From Promethearchaeia archaeon (GTDB lineage: Archaea; Asgardarchaeota; Lokiarchaeia; Sigyniarchaeales; SOKP01), in the NCBI GenBank assembly GCA_029856045.1, contig JAHQWG010000028.1, positions 288,001-352,000 on the forward strand: a stretch of DNA of 64,000 nt, read 5' to 3'. Positions 1 to 10,597 of the stretch are shown here, in pieces. How positions within the stretch are numbered: position 1 is the stretch's first letter; each line of letters starts with the position of its first letter. The notes under the pieces were generated by a model. The model worked only from the letters and a program-made list of their open reading frames with translations, ran no database searches and had not been told where the DNA came from. Made by a program: the position numbers and the translations under genes.

Positions 1-1
1 A

Positions 2-232
2 GTAAAATCTCATTTAAAGAAGTTGGATTACCCCGTATTAATTATACAAGGAACTTCCGATGAAAAAGTGCCTTATGAATTAACAAGAAAAGCATTCAAT
101 TTTATTCCAAATAATAATAAAAACAAGCTTGTAGAAATAGAAAATGCTCCTCATGACTTCGAAGGGGAAAATCTAAAAGAATTCATAAAACATACAATTG
201 ATTGGTTGAAATTCCATTTAGGTGGAAACTGA
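2..232 (+). CDS. alpha/beta hydrolase, C-terminal part (5' truncated by window edge)
   Basis: Frame is open from base 2; PVLIIQGTSDEKVP (catalytic Asp) and ENAPHDF (catalytic His) motifs. Confidence 0.85.
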   Translation, partial: VKSHLKKLDYPVLIIQGTSDEKVPYELTRKAFNFIPNNNKNKLVEIENAPHDFEGENLKEFIKHTIDWLKFHLGGN

Positions 233-315
233 TTAATTATATTTTGCTTTCAAAAATTTTTGGTGTTTTCAATTTTAAATAGTTTTTGTGCCATAAGATA
301 TCTCATTAAGAATAA

Positions 316-426
316 TATTTCGCAAATAGTACTTTAATAATACGGGAAAATGTTGGACATGATGCCCACTTTGAAAAAGCACCCGAAGTTAATCAAAATA
401 TAATAAATTTTCTAAGAAATGAATAA
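316..426 (+). pseudogene. remnant of an alpha/beta hydrolase C-terminus
   Basis: Reads YFANSTLIIRENVGHDAHFEKAPEVNQNIINFLRNE* (GH...E.P..VN..I..FL pattern), preceded by in-frame stops and no start. Confidence 0.65.
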
Positions 427-465
427 AAATATTGTAATATTAGTTATTTTAAATTATCAGATGAT

Positions 466-1497
466 ATGAAAAATATGCAGAATGAAATTAGAGAACCATC
501 TGATTTGTTAGATGAGAATGGAAAATTAATTCAAAAAGGCTGGGCTCGAAAGTTAATTTTAAATTATAATAGAGAGAATATAAAAGCCGGTTGGCACAGA
601 ATAAAAGAGTGGGATTATTACGCTATTTTACATCCCGATTTCGGTATTTCATTAGTTATTGCAGATGTAGGATATCTGGGTTTAACTACTGTCACTTGGC
701 TCGATTTTGTAGAAAAAAGATTTACATCAGAAGACCAATTAAAATTATTTACTAGGGGGAAATTAGATTTACCGAGAACTTCCGAATCTGGAGATATCAA
801 CTTCTCAAGTAAAAAAATAAATATAAATTTTGAAAAGAGAGGTATTAATCGCATCCTGTCAGTTGATTATCCAGGATTTATGATGGGTAAAGGAATTAAG
901 GGTGAAATAACGCTATTTCAAGACCCAAATATGGATACAATGGTAATTGCAACACCCTTTAAAGAAAATGAGACTAGATTTTATTATAACCAAAAAATAA
1001 ATTGCATGCCTGCAAAGGGAACAATACAACTCGGGGAAAATAGTTATGAATTTACAGAAGATAAATGTTTTGGTGTTCTAGATTGGGGTCGGGGGGTCTG
1101 GACTTATAAAAATAGATGGTATTGGGGTTCTGCTTCGGGGTTATTAGAAGGAGTCCCGATTGGATGGAATATTGGTTATGGATTTGGTGACACATCAGCT
1201 GCAAGTGAAAATTTAATATTCTATAATGGCAAGGGACATAAATTTGACCAAGTTACTTTCCATATTGACCCAAATGATTACTTGAAACCATGGAAATTTA
1301 CAAGCAATGATGGACGTTTTGAGATGGACTTTGAGCCAATACTTGATCGTACAAATAAAATGAATCTTTTAATTTTAAAAACTGAGCCACATCAAGTTTT
1401 TGGGTATTATACAGGAGATTTAGTCCTTGATGATAGCACGAAACTTCATATTGATAAATTTATAGGATTTGCCGAAGAGGTTTTTAATAAATGGTAA
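466..1497 (+). CDS. DUF2804 family protein
   Basis: KEWDYY, FYYNQKINCMPA, LDWGRGVW, HQVFG motifs typical of the family. Confidence 0.8.
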   Translation: MKNMQNEIREPSDLLDENGKLIQKGWARKLILNYNRENIKAGWHRIKEWDYYAILHPDFGISLVIADVGYLGLTTVTWLDFVEKRFTSEDQLKLFTRGKLDLPRTSESGDINFSSKKININFEKRGINRILSVDYPGFMMGKGIKGEITLFQDPNMDTMVIATPFKENETRFYYNQKINCMPAKGTIQLGENSYEFTEDKCFGVLDWGRGVWTYKNRWYWGSASGLLEGVPIGWNIGYGFGDTSAASENLIFYNGKGHKFDQVTFHIDPNDYLKPWKFTSNDGRFEMDFEPILDRTNKMNLLILKTEPHQVFGYYTGDLVLDDSTKLHIDKFIGFAEEVFNKW

Positions 1498-1514
1498 GGA
1501 AAATTTGAAAAAAT

Positions 1515-2684
1515 TTAGACTTGTAAAGATTTTTGATTTTTCAATTGTTTCCTGATTTTTCTTTTAAATTCTTTGAAATTGCCGGAACCACCTTGCCCAC
1601 CGATAAAAGTTGGCAAATAAAAATCTAGCTTAATTTTATTTAAAGAGACAATAGATGCAAACAAACTTTTAGCATCGAATTGTTTATAAATATGAGGTAA
1701 AAATTTTATATCTTCAAAAAAATCCATTACAACATTTTTTCCCGCACCTTGAATCTTTTTATATATTGGTATCCATTTCTCATGGTATTTAGGTTCGGTT
1801 CCTGCCCCAGGAACCCATTGGATCCCGGTTATTAACGGAATATCTAATATATCATCTAAGTGCGTAAGTGCAAGTGGACCATCTAAATGATAAATTGCAT
1901 AATCCAAATGCTCAGCTTGAGTAATTATATCTGGTAAAGCAAATCTTTTAAACCATTTGGGGGATAACATTGCACTAAAATCGCATTGAATTGGATACCA
2001 ACGTTTAGGACACCATATGTTCATCCAACTATTGCATCCATCTCCATATTGTTCGATAATTGTTTGGAGATCATCATAAATTTTTAAGGTTTTTTCTAGA
2101 ATTATAGCCCGACAAGTATCAATAATATTTGGGCTACGTTTCATAGCAAGTATTAAATTTTCAGGTCTCAAAAAGGAGGATAGAATATCTAAAATACCTC
2201 CAAGATCGGTCATTGCAATAGAATAATCCATGCCCGCTCGTTTAGCCGCGTATTCAGTGATTCTGATAAGTCGGGCATACCATGGATTATTCATATTGAT
2301 TTTTACGCTTTCCAGTAAAGGGACGATTTCTTCAATAGAAGTAGTTTTATTAAACCATACGGTCTGAGACATAAACTTAGGTTCAATACCAAAAATTGAT
2401 GCCATAATTCCAGCTCCATAATTAGGAAAAAATGTAGGAATAGCATCTCCCCCAAAATATAATTTTTTTGATACTCTTTCAAAATCATCCAAACAAGGAC
2501 CGATATCATCCCAATTTTTTGCTAAACACCAAGGAATAAAATATTCAATTATTTCCTCAATTAAGAATTTTTCATTTAATCGAGGATGACAATAACTAAG
2601 ACAAGGACGATCAAGTATTTCATGATCCCACCATGCTTTTAAGCATTCCTTGGCTTCATTAATATCTTCTTTAAAAACCCTCAT
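1515..2684 (-). CDS. uroporphyrinogen decarboxylase/MtaA-like TIM-barrel protein (trimethylamine corrinoid protein 2-like)
   Basis: QCDFSAMLSP, YHLDGP, IQWVPGAG motifs. Confidence 0.7.
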   Translation of the reverse strand: MRVFKEDINEAKECLKAWWDHEILDRPCLSYCHPRLNEKFLIEEIIEYFIPWCLAKNWDDIGPCLDDFERVSKKLYFGGDAIPTFFPNYGAGIMASIFGIEPKFMSQTVWFNKTTSIEEIVPLLESVKINMNNPWYARLIRITEYAAKRAGMDYSIAMTDLGGILDILSSFLRPENLILAMKRSPNIIDTCRAIILEKTLKIYDDLQTIIEQYGDGCNSWMNIWCPKRWYPIQCDFSAMLSPKWFKRFALPDIITQAEHLDYAIYHLDGPLALTHLDDILDIPLITGIQWVPGAGTEPKYHEKWIPIYKKIQGAGKNVVMDFFEDIKFLPHIYKQFDAKSLFASIVSLNKIKLDFYLPTFIGGQGGSGNFKEFKRKIRKQLKNQKSLQV

Positions 2685-2699
2685 TTTTCCTCATAAAAT

Positions 2700-3887
2700 T
2701 TATACATATTCTATAGTTCCAGGAGGTTTGGGGGTTATGTCATAATATATAAATTTTGTTTCAGAAATTTCAAGCAATTTACTTTTAATCTGATTTATCA
2801 AATCTATTGGCAGATTTGTAACGCTTGCTGTTCTTGCGTCTTTACTATTAATACTTCGGATTATAACATCATACCGTCCTTTTTGATTGCAACCAAGTTC
2901 AAAAAACATTCTAGCATATCCTTTAATTTGCGCTGCTATCTTTATAAGTTTTTTATAATCCCAATTTCCCTTCACACATAATGGAACTTCATAAGATCTT
3001 TTACCATCAACTATCCCAGTGACTTTTTTATTAAGAACATCTTCACTAATTGCTGCAAACGCTTGGAACGGTTCTTCTTCTCCTTTTTCGTTTATTATCA
3101 TTGATTTCCCATATTTTTCTATATAATAATCATCAATACGAGTTTCTACAATGTCATGAACCTTTTTTTCAAATTTTAAATTATCAAGAGTTACTGGTCC
3201 TATAATTCTTGCTGAAAGTGCAGGTCCAGGGAATGCTTTCCTATAAACTAATTCTTGAGGCATTTTAAGATATTCAAGAACCTTTCGAACTTCTGGTTTC
3301 GTTAGACTGGCTACGGGCTGAATAGTTGCATCAACATCGTATTCAATTTCCACATTATGCTGACTTTTTATAAATCCTTTAATATTTTTTTTTTTCAATA
3401 TATTCTCTTCTTCTATAGACATTGTTTCTTTTAAGTCTGTGATTTTAACTCCAAAACTTTCTTCAATATCTGGAAGAATAGTACCATCTGCGAGTAAATC
3501 GCAATTCTCCTTATCTATGACTTTACTTATGGTTTCTGAGTAGGCATCTTTGAAAAGTTTTCTCTTTACTTCTGCATCGCCCTTACCTATAATTTTAGGG
3601 AGAAATTTCTCCCGAATATCTAAAATAATGGTATCAGGAAAGTTTTTCTTAATATCTTCTCTTTCTTCTACACCATTAATTATTCTCATTAGTCCATGAT
3701 CAATAAATACTGGAATCGCATTGATTTTTGCTTTTTTAAGTAGAAGATATGTGGCGGAACTATCCACCCCTCCAGATAGTGCGCAAAAAACTTTTTTTTC
3801 CTTTGCATGTTTTTGTAAAAATTGAACAGCAGCATCTACAAACTTCTCAGGTTCGTGAGGTGCATTTATTAAACGATGGTTTAACAT
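2700..3887 (-). CDS. guaAB: GMP synthase subunit B (ATP pyrophosphatase subunit)
   Basis: PP-loop SGGVDSS, IKSQHNV, FPGPALSARI, C-terminal YDITPKPPGTIEY. Confidence 0.88.
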   Translation of the reverse strand: MLNHRLINAPHEPEKFVDAAVQFLQKHAKEKKVFCALSGGVDSSATYLLLKKAKINAIPVFIDHGLMRIINGVEEREDIKKNFPDTIILDIREKFLPKIIGKGDAEVKRKLFKDAYSETISKVIDKENCDLLADGTILPDIEESFGVKITDLKETMSIEEENILKKKNIKGFIKSQHNVEIEYDVDATIQPVASLTKPEVRKVLEYLKMPQELVYRKAFPGPALSARIIGPVTLDNLKFEKKVHDIVETRIDDYYIEKYGKSMIINEKGEEEPFQAFAAISEDVLNKKVTGIVDGKRSYEVPLCVKGNWDYKKLIKIAAQIKGYARMFFELGCNQKGRYDVIIRSINSKDARTASVTNLPIDLINQIKSKLLEISETKFIYYDITPKPPGTIEYV

Positions 3888-3989
3888 AGCGTATTTAATG
3901 ATGTAAGATTTAATTAACTTTTTGGTTATTATTAAAAAATTAGTAAAATTATATGAGAATCTGGGCTAATCATACAATTTTATTTTAAA

Positions 3990-4430
3990 TTAATCGATAT
4001 TCATTGAATCGGGTAAAATCCATACAGGTGGATCTTTTCGAAGTCCTTTTTTTTTTAAAGATTCGATTTTTCTCTTATAAATTTTATAAAAATCCTGTCC
4101 TAATAAGCAAATTCCCTCATCTATTGCATCTAAGATCGATACAATGCCTTCAATAAACATTGTATCGAACTCTTGAGGAGTGTAGCAAAAAGCATCTAAG
4201 CCAAGTTTACGGTTATGTTTCTCGTAAATTATACTAGAACGATTTATAAATTTCTCTTTAAAATCTCCTATAAATATTAAATCTATGTCGCTATGAGGTA
4301 AAAAATCCTCTCTAACTCGAGATCCAAACAAAATTACACAATCCAAAGAGATATAATTCTTAATTTCTTTAATAAAATTGCTAAGATAATTTATTACATC
4401 TTCATTTTTTTGAATTTTTTTTGAAATAAT
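3990..4430 (-). CDS. minimal nucleotidyltransferase (MNT), antitoxin-type partner of HEPN; start uncertain (TTG 4346 or ATT 4427/4430)
   Basis: FGSRVREDFLPHSDID = GSx10DxD motif; frame stays open to 4430, overlapping the HEPN gene end. Confidence 0.85.
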   Translation of the reverse strand: MISKKIQKNEDVINYLSNFIKEIKNYISLDCVILFGSRVREDFLPHSDIDLIFIGDFKEKFINRSSIIYEKHNRKLGLDAFCYTPQEFDTMFIEGIVSILDAIDEGICLLGQDFYKIYKRKIESLKKKGLRKDPPVWILPDSMNID

Positions 4431-4818
4431 TCATCTCCTCTTCTACATAATTAATAATTTTTTCTGCTTGTTTTATGGAATGTTGAGCTTCTTCCTTATT
4501 ATATGCTTTATGAGGTGCAATTCCTGGTAATGAATCTGGATATCTGGTTGGAATATATTGTTTATCAAGACTGAGTGCTTCCTTTTCTACGCTACTAATT
4601 TGGCGATTTTTTATTTCCTTGTATTTTTCCAATAAAGAAGTTATTGAGTGCCCCCATCCATTTAAATTACAAGAAAACATTAATGCTTTTACTGCCTTTT
4701 CTGATGTTTGTTGAGAATGAAACACAGCGGTATTATATCTTTGATTTTTCAACAATATTTTTGCATTCTCAAGATCCCAATACGCCTCATTAAGCCAATT
4801 TTCTACTATTTTCTTCAT
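4402..4818 (-). CDS. HEPN domain protein (HEPN-MNT pair)
   Basis: FHSQQTSEKAVKA, GHSI, YIPTRYPD motifs; directly upstream of MNT. Confidence 0.88.
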   Translation of the reverse strand: MKKIVENWLNEAYWDLENAKILLKNQRYNTAVFHSQQTSEKAVKALMFSCNLNGWGHSITSLLEKYKEIKNRQISSVEKEALSLDKQYIPTRYPDSLPGIAPHKAYNKEEAQHSIKQAEKIINYVEEEMNYFKKNSKK

Positions 4819-4942
4819 GAAATCTCTTTTTATTTTGATCTAGTTCCTTTTAAACTAAATAATAATAATCGCATATATAATATAATTTTATTATATAAGT
4901 AAAGATAAAAAAAGAATGAATTAAAGTTCTGATTTAAAGTTC

Positions 4943-4974
4943 TAACTTTAACTATAACTTTAACTTTAACTTTA
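4943..4974. repeat. short TAACTT hexamer tandem repeat (about 5 imperfect copies)
   Basis: taactt taacta taactt taactt taactt at the 3' end of the GH3 gene. Confidence 0.6.
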
Positions 4975-7146
4975 AATTATTTCAAATTTCCCTTCTACAA
5001 TATTAATATTTGTATCACTATATCCAGGTTGGCACCCACCTACAGTTATAAATATTTCACCCGGCTGAATAATCTGTTCTCCATTCTCATTAAATATTGA
5101 AAACTGCTCTGGTAAAAGTATAAATGAAACCGTTTTTCTCTCTCCTTTTTTTAGTGTAATTCTTTTAAAACCTTGAAGTTCTCGAATTGGAGCTTGAGAT
5201 GAGATAGAACGCTTATTTAAATAAAGTTGTACAACCTCATCACCTAATTGATTACCAATATTTTCAATATCTACACCAATAGTAACTTTATCATCCGTTT
5301 TTACTTTACTTGGAGAAATCTGAAGATTACAATATTTGAATTTCGTATAACTAAGACCATAGCCGAAAGAAAATAATGGTTTATCTTTAAAATATCGATA
5401 AGTTCTCCCCACCATACTATAATCGTGAAAATCAGGTAATTGATCAACTGATTTATAAAAAGTCACAGGCAACCTTCCTGCGGGGTTATAGTTTCCAAAA
5501 ATTACATCGGCTAACGCTGCCCCACCTTCTTCACCAGGATACCATATTTGTATAATCGCAGGAATATTTTCTTTCGCAAAATTAAAAGATAATGCACTAC
5601 CACTAGATAATAGGAGAATAATAGGTTTGCCGATATTATATATTTCCTTTAAAAGTTCTTCTTGAATTTCTGGAATATTCAGATGAATGCGATCGCCTCT
5701 TAAATCTGATTCTGCTGCCTCACCTTCTTCACTTTCAATGCGTGGTGATATACCCAATACCATAATAACTACATCGGATTTTTTAGAAATCTCAATTGCT
5801 TCATTAAAATCATCTGTAGATTTTTCTTTAAGAGGACATCCTTTTGCATAATAGACTTCAGTCTCAGGTGATGCAACATTTTTAATTCCTTGAAGAGGTG
5901 TCGTGTATTTAGATGGAATACCATTATAATTCCCAAGGAGTACATCTAAATTATCAGCATTAGGTCCAATTATGGCTATTGATTTAATATTTTTGTTTAA
6001 GGGAAGTATATTATTTTCATTTTTCAATAACACAATCGATTCTCTTGCCGCTTTTCGAGCAAGATCCCTATGTTTTTCACAGTCATTCACTTCGAAAGGT
6101 ATTTGTGCATATGGAACAATCTCTGGTGGATCAAACATGCCGAGCCTAAATTGCGCGTTAAAGAGGCGTTTAATTGATTTATCAATGATATCTTCTGTAA
6201 GTAAACCTTTTTCTACCGCTCCCTTTATCCAATCCCATACAATCCTTTTACTTCGTTTGGTTCCAATCCCAATGCAGCAAAAAAGGTCACAACCCGCATT
6301 AAGTGCCATTGCCACCGCTTCCTCGGGAGAGAAGACAACTTTATGAAACTTAAAAATATCTGAAATTGCACCACAATCAGAAACCACATATCCATCAAAA
6401 TTCCATTTTTTGCGCAAAATATCCTCTAATAATAATTTACTTCCACAACATGGTTCCCCATTGATTCTATTATAGGCTCCCATAATAGAAAAGGCCTTAC
6501 CTTCCTGTATACAAGCTTTAAAAGCGGGGAGATATGTTTCATAGAGATCCTTTTGACTAACTTTTGCATCAAAATGATGACGCTCCGATTCCAACCCACT
6601 ATAAGCAACATAATGCTTAGGTGTTGCAACTAATTTTAAATATTTTGATTCATTTCCTTGGAGTCCTTTAACAAATGTTACTCCCATCCTTGACGTGAGA
6701 TAAGGATCTTCGCCATAAGTCTCTTGACCTCGCCCCCATCGAGGATCTCTGAAAATATTTACATTCGGACTCCAAAAAGTAAGACCTTGAAATATTTTTC
6801 TTTGATTTTTTCTTACTGCTTCATGATGTTTGGCTCTCGCTTCATCAGATATAGCTGTTGCCACCTGACCCATTAATTGAGTGTTCCAAGTAGCTGCTAA
6901 ACCAATTGCCTGAGGAAATACAGTTGCAGTCCCAGAAAAACCAACTCCGTGCAGACATTCATTCCACCAGTTATATTTAGGTATTTTCAGCCGGTCAATT
7001 TTTGGAGCATCGTTCAATAACTGTGAAATCTTTTCATCAAAGGTCATTCTTGCTACTAAATCTTCCACTCTCTTTTCAATAGGTTGAGCATAATCAAGGT
7101 AAAGTGGTTTATTCATTTCATTCTTTTTTTCCATACATTTTTTCAC
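4972..7146 (-). CDS. glycoside hydrolase family 3 (beta-xylosidase/beta-glucosidase) with C-terminal Fn3-like domain
   Basis: WWNECLHG, RDPRWGRGQETYGEDP, KHY, VVSDCGA nucleophile motif, FGYGLSYT. Confidence 0.93.
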   Translation of the reverse strand: MKKCMEKKNEMNKPLYLDYAQPIEKRVEDLVARMTFDEKISQLLNDAPKIDRLKIPKYNWWNECLHGVGFSGTATVFPQAIGLAATWNTQLMGQVATAISDEARAKHHEAVRKNQRKIFQGLTFWSPNVNIFRDPRWGRGQETYGEDPYLTSRMGVTFVKGLQGNESKYLKLVATPKHYVAYSGLESERHHFDAKVSQKDLYETYLPAFKACIQEGKAFSIMGAYNRINGEPCCGSKLLLEDILRKKWNFDGYVVSDCGAISDIFKFHKVVFSPEEAVAMALNAGCDLFCCIGIGTKRSKRIVWDWIKGAVEKGLLTEDIIDKSIKRLFNAQFRLGMFDPPEIVPYAQIPFEVNDCEKHRDLARKAARESIVLLKNENNILPLNKNIKSIAIIGPNADNLDVLLGNYNGIPSKYTTPLQGIKNVASPETEVYYAKGCPLKEKSTDDFNEAIEISKKSDVVIMVLGISPRIESEEGEAAESDLRGDRIHLNIPEIQEELLKEIYNIGKPIILLLSSGSALSFNFAKENIPAIIQIWYPGEEGGAALADVIFGNYNPAGRLPVTFYKSVDQLPDFHDYSMVGRTYRYFKDKPLFSFGYGLSYTKFKYCNLQISPSKVKTDDKVTIGVDIENIGNQLGDEVVQLYLNKRSISSQAPIRELQGFKRITLKKGERKTVSFILLPEQFSIFNENGEQIIQPGEIFITVGGCQPGYSDTNINIVEGKFEII

Positions 7147-7229
7147 TAAAAATATTTGTATAAATATGCGATCTATTCAAATTTATAATTAATTTCAGTT
7201 TAGAAATAAATTTTTTGAATTTTTATTTG

Positions 7230-8570
7230 TTAATTAAACATTTCCATAAAAGCCCCGAGTCTTGTTTTCACTTGTTCGATGTTTTCTCCAATTTTATTAA
7301 AAGTTAGAGCAGTTGTGGGAATTTCAAGCTCATTTCTAACTTTTTGACGAAGTATTGTATAACAATTTGATATTGAATGACAACCAAATAGTTCGATAAA
7401 TATTAAGCCGTCAACATCCATTTTCCTTGCAACCCTAATATAAGAATCGGTTAGGGCATTATTATCACAACCAACGCCTTTTGTTGTAATGTCCATCAGG
7501 TATTTAGCATAATTTTCCGCTGGATCAGAATAAGTATTAACCTCAACATTTTCCAAAGCCCCTAATATTTCCCAATCAGCATAAAGAAGTCGACCACCCA
7601 TTTTATATATTAAATTGTGAGATTCTGGTTCCCAACCTCCAAACCGAGGTGTTAAAAGAATACGAGGTCGATTAGATACATCCATCCCTATTTTCTTCCT
7701 AATCCTTTCTTTCATTTCTTTAACTAAATTTCTAAAATTTTTCAAATATGTCTCAGCATTAGAATTAAAATCTTGAAATGATATGCTCAAAAGGGCGAGT
7801 ATTTCAGAAAAGGTTGCAGGGTTACAAGGGTAAAAATCAGAATTACTTATTTCATAAATAATTTCTCTGTACAATTCTCTACATTCATTACTGATTCTAA
7901 ACTGTTTTCTTAGGTCATTATCAGTAATGGAATTTCCAGTTAATTTTTCTAATTGAGAAATAGTTTCTTTTACATTTTCGGTGCAAATTTCCAAAGCATT
8001 GCCAATATTTCTCGGAGGAATGTCCAACCAGATTAATTTATCACTAAATCGCTTTAAAGATTCATAATATTTGTTAAAGGCACTACACCTTATTATAACA
8101 TTTAAGTTTGCGTCCAAATTATTATGTCTTGATGAATGCATGCCATAAAGCGCCTTAATTCCATAACAAAAGTCATTGGAAACCCCTTCTTCAATCCCCA
8201 AATCATACATTTTATTATATTTATAGTTTAGTGAGTTAATCACGTCATCTATTATTCCATCAAATACTTTAAGAAAATCAAATTTTCTTATAAATCCTAA
8301 AAAATTTGACACTGCCTTCCAACCAAAAAGACCTGAGGCCGAATTTAATGCCTCTAAGTACGTATTAACTTTAAATTTTTCTAATCTTATCGGGAAAATA
8401 GGAATTGCTTTTGCTGCAAATACTAAGTCACTAAAGGGGAACACAACTGAAATTAATTTCTTTCCTTTTCTATTGGATTTAATATTGAATTTTCGTCCGG
8501 AATGCAAAAAATCATAGGACATTCTTAACATTGAAGTAAAATTTATAACATCATCCGTCATTAAACTCAT
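7230..8570 (-). CDS. 2-hydroxyacyl-CoA dehydratase subunit (HgdA/B, FldB/C family)
   Basis: RPRILLT, VDGLIF..FGCH, C-terminal EQVKTRLGAFMEM; Fe-S Cys motifs. Confidence 0.8.
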   Translation of the reverse strand: MSLMTDDVINFTSMLRMSYDFLHSGRKFNIKSNRKGKKLISVVFPFSDLVFAAKAIPIFPIRLEKFKVNTYLEALNSASGLFGWKAVSNFLGFIRKFDFLKVFDGIIDDVINSLNYKYNKMYDLGIEEGVSNDFCYGIKALYGMHSSRHNNLDANLNVIIRCSAFNKYYESLKRFSDKLIWLDIPPRNIGNALEICTENVKETISQLEKLTGNSITDNDLRKQFRISNECRELYREIIYEISNSDFYPCNPATFSEILALLSISFQDFNSNAETYLKNFRNLVKEMKERIRKKIGMDVSNRPRILLTPRFGGWEPESHNLIYKMGGRLLYADWEILGALENVEVNTYSDPAENYAKYLMDITTKGVGCDNNALTDSYIRVARKMDVDGLIFIELFGCHSISNCYTILRQKVRNELEIPTTALTFNKIGENIEQVKTRLGAFMEMFN

Positions 8571-9707
8571 TTAAATCATCTCCAAAAATGCTTCAATCCT
8601 TGTGGATAATTGTCCATGTGAGGCTCTTGAGTAATCCCTCTCAATATTTAACACAAAATAATTTTTTTCTTGTAATTTCTCTTTTAATTGTTCTCTTGGT
8701 AAGCTCATATGGTCGCAGAATTTAATTATATGATTAATTACACCGATATTACTTATTCCCAATTTTTCTTTAAGGTCATTTATGATTGAAACGATTTTTT
8801 TAATTTTATATTCGATAAATTTTGGGACTACATGATCAGTATAAGTATTTCTCTTAAACATCTCTGTTAAAATGTCAAATGGATCGTTTTCTTTTTGTTG
8901 ATCTAACCAATTATCCTCAAATGTTTGTGAGAAATAAACGTCTCCAACCCAGGTATCTAAAAATATAACATTACCGCCTCCCTCTTCTATAATCTCTATT
9001 AAATCATCACCAAGAAATATCGAACATCCCGTTAAAATTACATTTTTCTTATTATTGATTTTGATTTGACCAGCGTTATTAATATTAAAATCTCTCAATT
9101 CCAATATTTTTGGACCATATAATAATGCTTTTTGGTATAATTCCAACTTATCTGAGCCGGAAATATCTAAATATTTTATTTTTGATATTTTTTTACGAAA
9201 TTTATTATATTTTTCAATACTAATGATAATATTTTCACTTGAAATAGAAGATCCTCTAATTTCTTCCAACTTTTTCTTAAATTCTATTAACTCTAGTCTA
9301 TAATATTTCAGTCCGTTTTCTGATAAAATATAAGGAACATAAAAATCAATTCTTGGAATATCAAAATATTTACAAATTATTTCTGAAGAACAAATATCGG
9401 AAACGCAGTGATTGGATACAATAAAATAATCGATTAAATCAAGAAATCGATATTTATTCGGCTTTACTGAAAATAAGCCTATAGTACTAAGAGCGAAACT
9501 ACAAGTTGAAGTCGGCAAATAATCCGCGCCTCTATCCATTAATTCGTCGTTTCCCGAAAAGATCAATCTCAATGGAATAAACCCAGCAGCGTCGATAAGT
9601 TCCTCAGGAATATTATCATGAGACATATAAGCAATTATTTTTTTACCTTTTTCCTTCTCTTGTTTCAAGAATTCATAGTACTCAAGAAAAAATTCTAAAT
9701 CTACCAT
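8571..9707 (-). CDS. 2-hydroxyacyl-CoA dehydratase subunit
   Basis: PEELIDAAGFIP, TCS, KFCD, C-terminal GQLSTRIEAFLEMI; abuts the partner gene. Confidence 0.85.
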   Translation of the reverse strand: MVDLEFFLEYYEFLKQEKEKGKKIIAYMSHDNIPEELIDAAGFIPLRLIFSGNDELMDRGADYLPTSTCSFALSTIGLFSVKPNKYRFLDLIDYFIVSNHCVSDICSSEIICKYFDIPRIDFYVPYILSENGLKYYRLELIEFKKKLEEIRGSSISSENIIISIEKYNKFRKKISKIKYLDISGSDKLELYQKALLYGPKILELRDFNINNAGQIKINNKKNVILTGCSIFLGDDLIEIIEEGGGNVIFLDTWVGDVYFSQTFEDNWLDQQKENDPFDILTEMFKRNTYTDHVVPKFIEYKIKKIVSIINDLKEKLGISNIGVINHIIKFCDHMSLPREQLKEKLQEKNYFVLNIERDYSRASHGQLSTRIEAFLEMI

Positions 9708-10003
9708 TTGAATTAGAAAATTAAATTCAGTAAAAAAGGTTTTTGAAAATTAAATGAATATGAATAGTATTTGAATGTTTTATTTTAATTTATGATTGTG
9801 TATTTAATGAAAATAATTTAAATTATCAAAAAAATATAAATTTTTAAATACTAAATTTAAATAATAAAGAATGCTTTACCACAAAGATAATAAATGTACC
9901 CAAAGACTTAAATATTAGTTATGATTTTTATCATTTTGGTTATCAAATTTTTTTAGATTTTTACCAAAAACAGAATTTATATTTTTTTAGGGGTTGAGGA
10001 AGT

Positions 10004-10408
10004 ATGTATTTAGAATCTCAAAAAGATTGTGTAGAGTTTATAGCAAGTGTAGGAAAACATAAAGATATCAAGCCTTGTTTTTCTACTATATTAAAAAGTG
10101 TAAGCAAGGCAGTTATTGTTATAGACTTAAGTGGGAATGTAAAATACATGAATTCTTTGTCTGAACATTTATCGGGGTGGAAAGAACATAAAGCTGCAGG
10201 AAAGCCATGGAGAGAAGTATTTAATATTATTAAAGAAAGTCCGTGTGAAAACAACGAGAATCGTAAGGTAATTTTAATTTCAAATAAGGGTCTAAAAATT
10301 CCAATCAAATACGAAACGTCATTGGTAATAGACGATGATGGAACTATAAGGGGAATTTTTTTGATTTTTAGTGATATTCATGGATTCAACCAAGTAAATT
10401 GTTTTTAA
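10004..10408 (+). CDS. stand-alone PAS domain protein
   Basis: AVIVIDLSGNVKYMN..SEHLSGW..GKP..VFNII; resembles the last PAS of the kinase at 21664-24345. Confidence 0.8.
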   Translation: MYLESQKDCVEFIASVGKHKDIKPCFSTILKSVSKAVIVIDLSGNVKYMNSLSEHLSGWKEHKAAGKPWREVFNIIKESPCENNENRKVILISNKGLKIPIKYETSLVIDDDGTIRGIFLIFSDIHGFNQVNCF

Positions 10409-10597
10409 AAAACTCTATTGTGAGGTAGTATTTGCCCGTCACATTAGTAAATATATCTATAAAAACACGTATCCTCTCTTAATTGTCAATTAAATTCTAT
10501 GATTTTGTTTTTATTTTAATATTCTAATTTTTAAAAGGATTATTAAGATGGAACATTTATATTTATGAGTTTTTATTAAAATAATAAGACAAAATAA

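Noticed and set aside
4921-4974. Short repeats as a CRISPR remnant
   Set aside because: Hexamer microsatellite without spacers; no cas genes in the window
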